Assembly (NCBI GenBank): GCA_049968235.1
Contig: JBMFRC010000008.1
Location: 79,157 to 143,156 of the forward strand
Direction: 5' to 3'
Origin: Candidatus Hydrogenedens sp.
GTDB taxonomy: Bacteria; Hydrogenedentota; Hydrogenedentia; Hydrogenedentales; Hydrogenedentaceae
DNA length: 64,000 bases
The position numbers and the translations under genes are program-made. Under the pieces are notes generated by a model. It did not search any database and was not told the DNA's origin. It saw nothing but the letters and a program-made list of their open reading frames with translations. Shown piece after piece: positions 63,779 to 64,000 of this stretch (position 1 is the stretch's first letter; each line of letters begins with the position of its first letter).

Positions 63779-64000
63779 TCACATGATTTTGTGGAAATGT
63801 AATTCAATGGATTAAAAGAAGGCTTAAAAAGAGAAGGATTCTTATCGGAAAATAAAATGATTCTTCCTTAAAACCCTCTTTTAGGGAAATTTCTTCTTCC
63901 GCAACATTAAATACTGTTGTATTGGCAAAATATGTTTAACCTAAATGTAGAACAGGGATTCTGTCTGTATTTTACAATCACAAGCGAGATGCTTGTGTTC

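Overview
This is a gene-dense stretch of about 64 kb from an AT-rich bacterial chromosome, roughly 40% GC by eye. The standard genetic code fits. TAA is the dominant stop: of about 20 stops read directly, all but three are TAA. I found no rRNA, tRNA, CRISPR array, transposase or integrase. Contents from left to right: (i) a cell-surface glycan modification cluster with a DegT-type sugar aminotransferase cut by the window edge, two membrane GT-C-fold glycosyltransferases fused to TPR arrays, and four paralogous SGNH/GDSL hydrolases; (ii) glycan degradation and utilisation genes (GH27 alpha-galactosidase with an NPCBM domain, a GH9-like hydrolase, ThuA, xylose isomerase, rhamnose mutarotase, a clan GH-A lipoprotein, other secreted hydrolase-like proteins); (iii) housekeeping genes (dut, rluB-like, scpB, two DAHP synthases of different classes, purE, ogt, an SDR, an AKR); (iv) two glycerophosphodiester phosphodiesterases plus a GlpT-like transporter, an LPS heptosyltransferase and a PilZ protein; (v) a phosphorelay whose sensor is a ferredoxin plus sensory [FeFe]-hydrogenase-like H-domain fused directly to a histidine kinase, followed by a hybrid REC-histidine kinase; (vi) a CcrM/HinfI-family N6-adenine methyltransferase interrupted by an in-frame TGA exactly where a conserved Gly lies, with the CcrM-type C-terminal domain still encoded in frame downstream, followed by a very AT-rich candidate restriction gene; (vii) two tandem, partly near-identical giant secreted proteins (CarbopepD_reg-like, FN3, dockerin-like, TPEG linker, PASTA, C-terminal sorting-like tail) next to a sigma-54 enhancer-binding response regulator; (viii) a GDP-D-rhamnose operon (gmd-rmd) with a UDP-GlcA-epimerase-like gene. 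All family calls come from motif recognition by eye. No database searches were run.
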